Shown here piece by piece: positions 8,429 to 17,302 of a stretch of 30,622 nucleotides of DNA. Numbering within the stretch: position 1 is the first letter of the stretch; every line of letters begins with the position of its first letter. This DNA is from Dehalococcoidia bacterium (GTDB taxonomy: Bacteria > Chloroflexota > Dehalococcoidia > GIF9 > AB-539-J10): the NCBI GenBank assembly GCA_041551495.1, contig JBFEMR010000001.1:1-30622 (forward strand). Direction: 5' to 3'. A model generated the notes under the pieces. It was not told where the DNA came from and ran no database searches. It saw nothing but the letters and a program-made list of their open reading frames with translations. The position numbers and the translations under genes are program-made.

Positions 8429-10417
8429 TTATTTTATGATGGGTGAAAATAATTCTTCGTCTTTTCTTAATTCTATGATGCGATCTCGAATAATAGCAGC
8501 TTTTTCAAATTCGAGATTCTTGGCCGCTGATTTCATTTGAGATTCCAATTGCTTGATGAGTTGACTTATTTCTCCCTTAGAAATAGGATTAACCGCGTAA
8601 GGAATCCTGGTCTCAGCTACTGTTTGAACCCTCTCAGTTATATCCTTGATTGCCTTCTTAATTCCTTGCGGGGTTATACCATGCTCCTTGTTGTAAGCTT
8701 CCTGCACTTGACGGCGGCGGTTGGTTTCCTTTATAGCCTTCTGCATGGATTGTGTAATATTTTCAGCGTAAAGTATGGCATGAGCATTTATATGTCTCGC
8801 GGCGCGCCCCATCGTCTGAATAAGCGCTTCCTCAGATCTTAGATAACCTTCCTTATCAGCATCGATTATAGCTACCAGGCTCACTTCAGGTAAATCCAAA
8901 CCCTCACGTAAAAGATTAATACCCACCACAACATCATAGACACCGAGACGGAGATCGCGGAGAATTTCTACTCGCTCTAAGGTCTCTACTTCTGAGTGCA
9001 GGTAATGAGTCTTAATTTCCATTTCTTTCAAATAATCGCTTAATTCCTCAGCCATTCGCTTGGTCAATGTAGTAACCAAACAGCGCTCTCCTTTATCCAC
9101 CCTCGTCTTTATTTGATAGATAAGGTCGTCTATTTGTCCTTTTACTGGCTTAACCTCAACGGTAGGCTCCAGCAAGCCAGTGGGGCGAACTAATTGCTCT
9201 ACTATTTGCTGGCTTCGCTCATATTCATATGGCTTGGGTGTAGCAGAGACGTAAATAACCTGGTTAATGTGCTCGTTAAACTCGGTAAAATTCATAGGAC
9301 GGTTATCTAAGGCGGAAGGCAAACGAAAACCATAATCAACCAGCGTTTGCTTTCGAGAAATATCACCATGATACATACCCCTTATCTGTGGTACGGTCAT
9401 GTGTGATTCATCAATGAAAAGCAGAAATTCATTGGGGAAATAATCCAGTAAAGTCCAGGGTGTGCTTCCGGGCGCTCGCCTCTGGAGATGTCGTGAGTAG
9501 TTTTCCACTCCGGTGCAGTATCCTACCTCTTGAAGCATTTCGATATCATAATTGGTTCGAGCCTCAAGCCTCTGGGCTTCCAATAGTTTACCCTGGCTCT
9601 GTAACTCCTTTAATCGTTCCTGTAGTTCAATTTTTATATCTTCGACTGCTGCCACCAGCTTATCGTGAGAGGTAACAAAATGCTTGGCAGGGTAAATATC
9701 AACTTGCTTACGATCGGTTAACAATTCACCGGTCAGAGGTTCTATTTCTACAATGCGTTCAATCTCGCTCCCCCAGAATTCGATTCTCAAAGCCGTTTCC
9801 TCATAAGCCGGCTGTATTTCTAGAGTATCCCCTCGGATACGAAATCTGCCTCTGGTAAAATCATAATCATTTCTTTCGTATTGCATATCCACCAAGCGAT
9901 GAAGCAGCTTGTCGCGATTGTAGCGTTTATTGCTTTCAATACTGAGTACAAAACTCTTGTATTCTTCAGGTGCACCCAATCCATAAATACAGGAGACAGA
10001 GGCTATAATAACTACATCTCGGCGGGTGAATAGAGACCTGGTAGCAGCATGCCGTAGTTTGTCAATCTCCTCATTTATGTCAGTCTCCTTTTCTATGTAG
10101 AGGTCGGTACTTGGGACATAAGCCTCCGGCTGATAATAATCATAGTAGCTAACAAAATACTCTACAGCATTATCAGGAAAGAATTCCTTAAACTCGGTAG
10201 CTAGCTGAGCAGCCAGGGTTTTGTTATGACAAATGACCAGGGTTGGCTTTTGCATTCTCTTAATGATATTAGCCATGGTAAATGTTTTACCGCTGCCAGT
10301 GACGCCCAGCAATGTCTGTTCACGGTAATCTTTGTTAAGCCCTTCAACCAGCTTGTCGACAGCCTGGGGTTGATCACCAGTTAGACCAAAATCAGAAACT
10401 ATTCTAAATTGCGACAT
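8429..10417 (-). CDS. uvrB: Excinuclease ABC subunit B
   Basis: Walker A GVTGSGKT, beta-hairpin [36 protein letters not shown] and a C-terminal UVR domain. Confidence 0.99.
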   Translation of the reverse strand: MSQFRIVSDFGLTGDQPQAVDKLVEGLNKDYREQTLLGVTGSGKTFTMANIIKRMQKPTLVICHNKTLAAQLATEFKEFFPDNAVEYFVSYYDYYQPEAYVPSTDLYIEKETDINEEIDKLRHAATRSLFTRRDVVIIASVSCIYGLGAPEEYKSFVLSIESNKRYNRDKLLHRLVDMQYERNDYDFTRGRFRIRGDTLEIQPAYEETALRIEFWGSEIERIVEIEPLTGELLTDRKQVDIYPAKHFVTSHDKLVAAVEDIKIELQERLKELQSQGKLLEAQRLEARTNYDIEMLQEVGYCTGVENYSRHLQRRAPGSTPWTLLDYFPNEFLLFIDESHMTVPQIRGMYHGDISRKQTLVDYGFRLPSALDNRPMNFTEFNEHINQVIYVSATPKPYEYERSQQIVEQLVRPTGLLEPTVEVKPVKGQIDDLIYQIKTRVDKGERCLVTTLTKRMAEELSDYLKEMEIKTHYLHSEVETLERVEILRDLRLGVYDVVVGINLLREGLDLPEVSLVAIIDADKEGYLRSEEALIQTMGRAARHINAHAILYAENITQSMQKAIKETNRRRQVQEAYNKEHGITPQGIKKAIKDITERVQTVAETRIPYAVNPISKGEISQLIKQLESQMKSAAKNLEFEKAAIIRDRIIELRKDEELFSPIIK

Positions 10418-10603
10418 CTTGGTTATTCTCTACAATAATAAACAAGCGACTCACATTAATATATAAGAAACAACGGAATTTTGCATAATCAGGCATAAGA
10501 ACAGCACCATCTATAGATGTTATGTTTATTCTAGGTCTTGTTTGGGACATTGAGCCATGTTAGAATTTCAATAACCTGGAAAAAAAGAAAGGAAGCGGAA
10601 GCT

Positions 10604-10864
10604 ATGAAGTCCTACGAAGAACTAGCCAAAGAACAGGCGGACAGAGAAAGCACCCTCTTGTCCAAGTTAATGGGAGAGGCTGGAATAGAAGAAATAGCTA
10701 ATTTTGAAGCCGGATTAAGTGGACGGCAAAGCGAAATATTATTTAAGATAACCACCGAGATGGAAGATACTCAAAATGCCCTGAACCAGGTCGAACAACT
10801 TGCCCAGAGACTTAGGAAGCATCTGGAGCGGTTGAAAAAGCTACATCAGACTCTCTCCAAGTAA
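10604..10864 (+). CDS. Hypothetical acidic/coiled-coil protein (86 aa from the ATG at 10604)
   Basis: AAAGGA SD 10 nt before the ATG, heptad-like C-terminus (LNQVEQLAQRLRKHLERLKKLHQTL), and a stop 25 nt before gltX. The ORF-track TTG start at 10538 looks less likely. Confidence 0.7.
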   Translation: MKSYEELAKEQADRESTLLSKLMGEAGIEEIANFEAGLSGRQSEILFKITTEMEDTQNALNQVEQLAQRLRKHLERLKKLHQTLSK

Positions 10865-10889
10865 GGTTAAGTCTTCAAAATATAGCGCA

Positions 10890-12347
10890 ATGCGGTCTGA
10901 GTCGGAACAGTTGGTTAGACTACGTTTTGCGCCGAGCCCCACAGGATACCCACATTTAGGTAACATCAGAACTGCCCTGTTCAATTGGCTCTTTGCTCGC
11001 CATCACAGTGGCAAGTTTATCTTACGGATTGAAGACACCGATGTTACCCGTAAGGTGGAAGGAGCGGTGGATATAATACTAAATAGCTTGCAGTGGCTGG
11101 GATTAAATTGGGATGAAGGACCTTATTTTCAATCACAACGGTTATCCATTTACAATGAAATTGTACAGAAATTGCTTGAGAAAGATCATGCATATTTATG
11201 CTACTGCTCTCCGGAACGATTGGATAGGATGCGCCAAGAACAGGCAAAACGAAAACAGCCACCGAAATATGATCGTCATTGCCGGGACTTAACACAAGCT
11301 GAAAGGACGCGATTGCAGGCAACCGGTATTAATCCTGTAATTCGCTTTAAAACCCCTCTCGAAGGCGAAACAAATGTCTACGATTTAATTCGCGGAACAG
11401 TGACTTTCAAACATGATGTCCTGGATGACTTTATCTTGCTTAAATCTGATGGTTACCCTACATATCATTTAGCCAGTATAGTAGATGACCATTTAATGAC
11501 TATCTCACATGTCCTTAGGGCCGATGAATGGCTTTCTAGTACTCCGCGCCATGTTTTGCTTTACCAGGCTCTAAACTGGAAAGCCCCACAATTTGCTCAT
11601 TTACCTATGATTTTGGGATCTGATCGTGCCAAACTATCCAAGAGGCATGGCGCAACTACTATCACCGAATATCAAGAGCAAGGTTATCTGTCAGATGCTA
11701 TGGTTAACTTCCTGGCACTTTTGGGTTGGTCACTGGACGACCGAACAGAGTTATTATCGAGAGAAGAATTAATAAAGTACTTCTCTCTGGACAGAGTAGG
11801 CAAAACAGCAGCTATATTTAATAAAGATAAACTGGAATGGATGAATGGGGTTTATTTGCGTAAACTAAGTCTAGGAGAATTTGTTCAGCAATCCATACCA
11901 TTTTTGGACAAGGATTTACCCAAGTTAGTAGAACGTCCGCTGAACAATAATTACATCAACAAGGTGCTGTCTCTCGTCCAGGAACGAGCCAAAACTCTGG
12001 CTGAAATTCCTCAACTAGTTAACTTTTTCTTCGTCGACGAGCTGCAATATGATACAAACTTGTTATTGAATAAAGAATTGGGTGCCAAATCTGCTACTCA
12101 AGCTATCATAACTACTCTGCAAATATTAGAAGAGGTAACAACCTGGGAAGCCACCAGACTAGAAGATGTTCTGCGCCCGCTCGCTGCGGAGCTAAACTTA
12201 GGAACAGGAAAATTCTTCGGTTTATTAAGAATAGCTGTTACAGGTCGAGTTGCGGCACCACCATTGTTTCAAACCATGGCAGTATTGGGAAAGGAGAAAT
12301 GCCTGGAGCGATTAAATACAGCACTGCAAAAGCTAGGCACTTTATAA
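10890..12347 (+). CDS. gltX: Glutamate--tRNA ligase
   Basis: RFAPSPTG-HLGN (HIGH), RIEDTD, CYC Zn-site remnant, HVLRADEW, KLSKR (KMSKS) and the anticodon-binding C-terminal domain. Confidence 0.98.
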   Translation: MRSESEQLVRLRFAPSPTGYPHLGNIRTALFNWLFARHHSGKFILRIEDTDVTRKVEGAVDIILNSLQWLGLNWDEGPYFQSQRLSIYNEIVQKLLEKDHAYLCYCSPERLDRMRQEQAKRKQPPKYDRHCRDLTQAERTRLQATGINPVIRFKTPLEGETNVYDLIRGTVTFKHDVLDDFILLKSDGYPTYHLASIVDDHLMTISHVLRADEWLSSTPRHVLLYQALNWKAPQFAHLPMILGSDRAKLSKRHGATTITEYQEQGYLSDAMVNFLALLGWSLDDRTELLSREELIKYFSLDRVGKTAAIFNKDKLEWMNGVYLRKLSLGEFVQQSIPFLDKDLPKLVERPLNNNYINKVLSLVQERAKTLAEIPQLVNFFFVDELQYDTNLLLNKELGAKSATQAIITTLQILEEVTTWEATRLEDVLRPLAAELNLGTGKFFGLLRIAVTGRVAAPPLFQTMAVLGKEKCLERLNTALQKLGTL

Positions 12348-12517
12348 TAGAGTGTTGCATATGGTTTAGTGCTAGGACTTGAAACATTTGGGATTCTTAT
12401 TAGCTTACTATAATGGTTAATTTATCCAATCTTGGCTTTGGAAATCTATAGGGTATTGACAAAGTTTTGTTCTTATAGTAACAATATAGGTATAGTAAAC
12501 TTAATAAGGAGGTTATG

Positions 12518-12661
12518 ATGGCGACAGCTTATTGCATGAAGTGCAGGAAAAAGGTAGAAATAAGCAACCCAAGACGTGTTATGCTCAAGAACCGTAGACC
12601 GGCAACCCAGGGTGCCTGTCCTAGGTGCGGCACGAAAGTGTTCAGAATAGAGAAAGCCTAA
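12518..12661 (+). CDS. 47-aa basic zinc-finger mini-protein (DUF5679-like), not in the ORF track
   Basis: AAGGAGG SD at 12506-12512 then ATG. MATAYCMKCRKKVEISNPRRVMLKNRRPATQGACPRCGTKVFRIEKA* carries CxxC...CPxCG and the AYC-KC / KN-RPA / CP-CGTK-FRI pattern I associate with DUF5679. Confidence 0.85.
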   Translation: MATAYCMKCRKKVEISNPRRVMLKNRRPATQGACPRCGTKVFRIEKA

Positions 12662-13304
12662 ATTTTGGCAACTGTAACTGGGTATTGAGTGGATTCACGC
12701 ATTGATGATGTCGATATTTGTATTTGCGTGAAATCCAAAGGTAAATAAGCTTGAGTTTTGGGGGATATGTATTTCCCTAACATTTCTATATGTTTTTGTA
12801 GATAATCTAAAAGTAAAGACGAGAAAGTTGGTTATCTTGTTAAAGCTTGAGCTAATTCTTATATGTTTATGTACCTTTGATTCAGAATCCTCTAAAGGAA
12901 TTTCGAGCTCTTCATTGAGTGTATTTCTATCCCCCTATTAAATTTGCGCTGATTAACTAGTTCCCATGTAAAAATATTCAAATTAGTATGCAATTCTCAA
13001 ATCCCCACTCGATTCCATTGTCAGCTTGACTCGCAAAATCTCTCATCTAGTCTTCTGTCCTGTGGGTGGATCTTTTTTTGTGTTTGTCTACCTTGCCAGA
13101 TTAGGCGTCAATCTTGAGAAAACAAAGGAAAGGAGGAGGTGTCTTCAATCATCTGAACGAGTACATTTGCTCGCAAATGATGAAAGTATTACACTTCTAT
13201 GACCTGAGACACCAAAAGACACAGCACGGGCAAGCTGCCTTGCCCCAAGCAAGGAATACATTGATTGGCAGGAAATATCAGCAGGAGGCAAAAACAGAGT
13301 TAAT

Positions 13305-14537
13305 ATGAAAATCTTAGTTATTGGTTCGGGTAAAGTGGGTGCGGCGAGTGCCTGGGAGCTAGTCAGGGGTAATGAGGTGGAAATAGTAGGAATAGTAGAT
13401 AAGCAGAGAGGCAATCTGGAGAGACTACAGAAACGGATAAATAGCAGCAAACTCAAACTGCACTTTCTTGATGTCAGTAATACCGCGGATATGAAAATAC
13501 TCATGAACGAATATGACGTTGGCATCATTGCCCTACCTGCTAGGAAAATAAGTTATACAACTGCCGAGGCTGCGATTGAAGTCGGATTAGATGTCGTTGA
13601 TATACTGGAAGATTATCATAGACGGCCGGACCCTTATGAGACAGAAGGCTTAAATATTCCGGATCAAATGACCTTGGAGGAGTATGGGGAATACCTCCAT
13701 AAGAGAGCCACGGAGAATGACGTCATATTCGTTGACGGATTAGGCTTTGCCCCCGGTTTAAGTAATATTACAATTGGTGAAGCTATCAGGAAAATGGACA
13801 CGGCCGAGTCAGCGATAGCAAGAGTCGGCGGCATCCCTACTAAGGAAGTCAGTGTTAAATATCCCTTAAAATACATGATTACTTGGGCATTCGAACATGT
13901 CTTAAGACAATACATGATTCAAGTGGAAGTGATAAAGAATGGCAAGGTAGTGGAAATACCGGCACTGAGTGATCGTGAAAAATTCAGATTTACCAAATTT
14001 GGTAAGAATGAGGAATTAGAGTGCGCCGTGACCTCTGGCATGCCTTCTTATATTCATACGAGACCACAACTTAATGAATTCGCAGAGAAGACTATCAGAT
14101 GGCCAGGCCATTTTGAGTCGATAGATACACTCAAAGAATTTGGAATGCTCGACCTTACGCCTGTTGAGTTCAGGGGCATGAAGGTAGCACCTAGGGATTT
14201 CTTATTATCCATTATTGGGCCTAAGCTCAAGGCAGTGGAGGGTGATGCTGACGTATGCGTTATGTGGAACACAGTAACTGGAACAAAAAACGGACACAAA
14301 ATGAAAATTGATTATTATATGTGGGAGGAGGCGGATATAGAGTGCGGGATTTCTGCTATGGGAAGGGTGACCGGCTTCCCCGCCGCGATAGGGGCTAAAC
14401 TCATTGGGAGGGGAGAAATAGAAAAGAAGGGTATAGTGGCTCCTGAGGATGCTATAGAAGGAAAAGTCTACAAAAATTTCATGGAGGAATTGGCTAAAAA
14501 GAACATAACCGTACTCGAGGTTACTGAAACAAGTTAA
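13305..14537 (+). CDS. Lysine 6-dehydrogenase / saccharopine dehydrogenase family oxidoreductase
   Basis: N-terminal Rossmann GSGKVG, ALP, GFAPGLSNI, RVGGIP, YMITW, TIRWPGH, AMGRVTGFPAAI and GIVAPE motifs of the saccharopine-dehydrogenase/LysDH family. Confidence 0.88.
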   Translation: MKILVIGSGKVGAASAWELVRGNEVEIVGIVDKQRGNLERLQKRINSSKLKLHFLDVSNTADMKILMNEYDVGIIALPARKISYTTAEAAIEVGLDVVDILEDYHRRPDPYETEGLNIPDQMTLEEYGEYLHKRATENDVIFVDGLGFAPGLSNITIGEAIRKMDTAESAIARVGGIPTKEVSVKYPLKYMITWAFEHVLRQYMIQVEVIKNGKVVEIPALSDREKFRFTKFGKNEELECAVTSGMPSYIHTRPQLNEFAEKTIRWPGHFESIDTLKEFGMLDLTPVEFRGMKVAPRDFLLSIIGPKLKAVEGDADVCVMWNTVTGTKNGHKMKIDYYMWEEADIECGISAMGRVTGFPAAIGAKLIGRGEIEKKGIVAPEDAIEGKVYKNFMEELAKKNITVLEVTETS

Positions 14538-14638
14538 TTTTGGATGTTATAGGTATTTGTAAAAGATACTTTGCGCTGTGCCAACGCTAGCTAGAAGAGA
14601 TTCCGTCGACATTGGGGATAAGAATAAAATACAGAGAC

Positions 14639-15748
14639 ATGGGAAAGTATTATCTTTCTGGGAATGAGGCAATCGTCGAAGGTGCCATTAGAGCGGGATG
14701 TCGTTATTATGCTGGCTATCCCATTACCCCCTCAACCGAGATCATGGAGAGGATTTCAATCAGGTTTAATGAGATTGGGGGTGTATTTATGCAGATGGAG
14801 GATGAAATTGCCGCTATCTGCTCAGTTATTGGGGCATCATGGGCTGGCGCTAAAGCCATGACCGCTACATCAGGACCTGGCTTCAGCTTGATGCAAGAGG
14901 GAATCGGATATGCTGCTATGACAGAAACACCAATTGTGGTCGTGGATGTTCAACGGGCAGGTCCTAGTACGGGGCAGGCGACACGGGTAGCAAGTGGAGA
15001 TATTATGCAGGCCAAGTGGGGTTCGTCAGGAGATTATCAGATTATCGCCATATCACCTTGGTCGATACAGGAAGCATATGAACAGACGATCAATGCTTTT
15101 AATCTTACGGAGAAATACCGGGTTCCTGTTTTGTTGCTTACTGAGGAAGCAATCGGTCATCTGCGTGAGGGAATGGACGTGGTGAAGGATATTGAAATAT
15201 TCAACCGCAGGAAGAAGGCAGGTGCAGCTCCATTTGGTACTGAGGAAAGGGATGGCATCCCACCCATGCCCACTTTTGGTGAAGGCGCGAAGGTGCTAGT
15301 GACTGGCTCGACACATGACAATTATGGTGTCAGAAGAACTGATGACGGGGTAGTCCAAGACACGTTGGTTTCAAGGCTAAATGAGAAAATAATAAGCAAT
15401 AGGGAAAAAATTATTGACTACGAGAACTACTATTTGGAAGATGCCACGGTAATTATTATTAGTTATGGCTTTACGGCAAGGAGTTCCCTATTTGCCGTTG
15501 AGGCCCTGCGAGCGGAAGGTAAAAAAATCGGAATGATCAGACTCAAGACTTTGTGGCCTTTTCCCGACAGCTTGAAAAGGCATATCGGAGCAAAAGCTAA
15601 CGTGTTGTTTATTCCCGAGATGAACAAAGGACAGGTGGCAGGAGAAGTAAGGAAGTACGTCTCATGTCAAGTGGTAGCGTTTACTCAAACTAATGGGGAA
15701 ATCATATACCCTGATGCCATTATAGAGCAATTAAGGAGGTATCTGTAA
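14639..15748 (+). CDS. korA: 2-oxoacid:ferredoxin oxidoreductase alpha subunit (KorA type)
   Basis: SGNEA, AGYPITPSTE, QMEDE, TATSGPGFSLMQE and QRAGPSTG. An alternative TTG start exists at 14612. Confidence 0.92.
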   Translation: MGKYYLSGNEAIVEGAIRAGCRYYAGYPITPSTEIMERISIRFNEIGGVFMQMEDEIAAICSVIGASWAGAKAMTATSGPGFSLMQEGIGYAAMTETPIVVVDVQRAGPSTGQATRVASGDIMQAKWGSSGDYQIIAISPWSIQEAYEQTINAFNLTEKYRVPVLLLTEEAIGHLREGMDVVKDIEIFNRRKKAGAAPFGTEERDGIPPMPTFGEGAKVLVTGSTHDNYGVRRTDDGVVQDTLVSRLNEKIISNREKIIDYENYYLEDATVIIISYGFTARSSLFAVEALRAEGKKIGMIRLKTLWPFPDSLKRHIGAKANVLFIPEMNKGQVAGEVRKYVSCQVVAFTQTNGEIIYPDAIIEQLRRYL

Positions 15749-16515
15749 TGTCCAGGGATATGCAGCAATACTTGCGACCGGGAATAACTTCAACACCTTT
15801 CTGCCCCGGCTGTGGTCATGGAATTTTGATGGGGTTGATTTTAAGGGCAATCCATCAGCTTGAGTTAAACATGGATGAGATGTTGTTCGTCTCTGGCATA
15901 GGTTGTGCTGCCTGGATACCAAGCCCACACTTTAATGCTGATACTCTTCATATTCTGCATGGGAGGGCTATTCCAGCTGCCACAGGAGCTAAGTTATTTA
16001 ACCCAAAATTGAGGGTGGTGGTTATCGGTGGAGATGGCGATTTAGCTGATATTGGGGGAAACCACCTTATTCATGCTGCACGTAGAAATGTAGACTTGAC
16101 TGTTATCTGTGCCAGCAACATGGTTTATGGTATGACAGGAGGACAAGTCTCCTCTACTACATCTGTAGATGCCTTTACGCGAACAACAACCAAAGGGAAT
16201 CCTTATCAGCCATTTGACCTTTGCAAGCTTGTTATTGCTGCTGGCGCCACATATGTGGCCCGCTATTCGGTAACTCAACCCTTTGCCCTGATGGTCGCCA
16301 TCAAGAAAGCATTACAAATTAATGGTTTCTGCTTCATTGAAGTTTTATCACCTTGCCCGACCCAATTTGGCAGACACAACCAACTCGATACTCCTGTAGC
16401 TATGATCAAGAACCTGATGGATAAGTGTATCACCAAGAACAAGGCTAAGAAATCATCGCCAGAGGAACTAAGGGGTAAGATAATAACTGGAGAGTTCACT
16501 AATGGCGCCTATTAG
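15748..16515 (+). CDS. korB: 2-oxoacid:ferredoxin oxidoreductase beta subunit (TPP-binding)
   Basis: FCPGCG, SGIGC, HGRAIP, GDGD...N TPP motif, YGMTGGQ and SPCPT. AGGAGG SD; TAATG stop/start overlap with the alpha gene. Confidence 0.93.
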   Translation: MSRDMQQYLRPGITSTPFCPGCGHGILMGLILRAIHQLELNMDEMLFVSGIGCAAWIPSPHFNADTLHILHGRAIPAATGAKLFNPKLRVVVIGGDGDLADIGGNHLIHAARRNVDLTVICASNMVYGMTGGQVSSTTSVDAFTRTTTKGNPYQPFDLCKLVIAAGATYVARYSVTQPFALMVAIKKALQINGFCFIEVLSPCPTQFGRHNQLDTPVAMIKNLMDKCITKNKAKKSSPEELRGKIITGEFTNGAY

Positions 16516-17302
16516 GCAAGTCATAGTGTGTGGTTTTGGAGGACAGGGGATTGTCTTGGCTGGCACTATACTAGGTCAAGCGGCTTTTAATGACAGAAAA
16601 TATATTAGCAGCACGAATTCCTATGGCTCAGCGGCTAGAGGAGGGGCTTGCAGAGCAGAAGTGGTGATATCTGATAAGCCAATAATCTTTCCATATGTTA
16701 TTGCTGTTGATATGTTGATTGCCATGTACCAGACTGCTTATAACATGTATATCGAAAGAGTCAAACCTGGCGAGGGAGTCGTTATTTTTGATGAGTGTGT
16801 TATTCCCAAGGAGATGGAAGGTTTAGAACATATAGGGATTCCCGCTATCGAAACGGCAGTTAGGGAACTCGGTGACGGAACAGTTGCCAATGTAATCATT
16901 CTGAGCGCAGCCGTAAACATAACCGAAGTAGTTAGCAAAGAGGCGCTGGAATCTGCAATTAGAGAAATTGTTCCAGAAAGGTTGAAACAGTTGAATTTAA
17001 AGGCTATGGATATCGGATACAGACTGGGCAGAAACAAGTCCAATCAAATACACGAGACATTAGTAGGGAAAAGCGATAGGTTAACCCCCGTGGTAGGAAG
17101 AACACATATACCACTAATAAACCAGGAGATGTGTCATATCTGTGACCTGTGCAGATTGCTTTGCCCTGACTTAGCCGTAACAAGGAATGACAATATGAAT
17201 CAAATCGAGATCGATTATACCTACTGCAAAGGGTGCGGTATATGTACCACGGTATGCCCCAGAGGTGCTATTAAAATGATACTGGAGGATAGCGTAGGCT
17301 AA
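16502..17302 (+). CDS. korC: 2-oxoacid:ferredoxin oxidoreductase gamma subunit fused to a C-terminal 2x[4Fe-4S] delta (ferredoxin) domain
   Basis: GFGGQG, SYGSAARGG, DMLIAM and NVIIL gamma motifs, then CHICDLCRLLCP and CKGCGICTTVCP in the same frame with no stop between them. Confidence 0.9.
   Translation: MAPIRQVIVCGFGGQGIVLAGTILGQAAFNDRKYISSTNSYGSAARGGACRAEVVISDKPIIFPYVIAVDMLIAMYQTAYNMYIERVKPGEGVVIFDECVIPKEMEGLEHIGIPAIETAVRELGDGTVANVIILSAAVNITEVVSKEALESAIREIVPERLKQLNLKAMDIGYRLGRNKSNQIHETLVGKSDRLTPVVGRTHIPLINQEMCHICDLCRLLCPDLAVTRNDNMNQIEIDYTYCKGCGICTTVCPRGAIKMILEDSVG

Noticed and set aside
10418-10603. LexA/SOS box upstream of uvrB
   Set aside because: I found no GAAC-N4-GTTC (the Firmicutes/Dehalococcoides-type box) or CTGT-N8-ACAG here, nor upstream of radA or the YdjM-like gene.
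12333-12375. CIRCE-like TAGGCACTT-TATAATA-GAGTGTTGC at the gltX 3' end
   Set aside because: The spacer is 7 rather than 9 nt, both arms have several mismatches, it overlaps the gltX stop and no chaperone gene follows.
13150-13210. CTGA...ATGATGA...CTGA resembling box D'/C'/D of a C/D guide RNA
   Set aside because: There is no 5' box C, the motifs are short and common, and the context is bacterial.
13186-13212. LHFYDLRH in the small upstream ORF resembles the tyrosine-recombinase HxLRH box
   Set aside because: The following residues lack the LLGH...T..Y signature and no other integrase motif is present in any frame, so it is probably coincidental.
3672-13234. Shared 13-mer CAGCAC(A/G)GGCAAG in two intergenic regions (minus strand at 3673-3685 and plus strand at 13222-13234)
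   Set aside because: One-mismatch 13-mer matches are expected by chance among several kb of intergenic DNA on two strands, and the flanks do not align.
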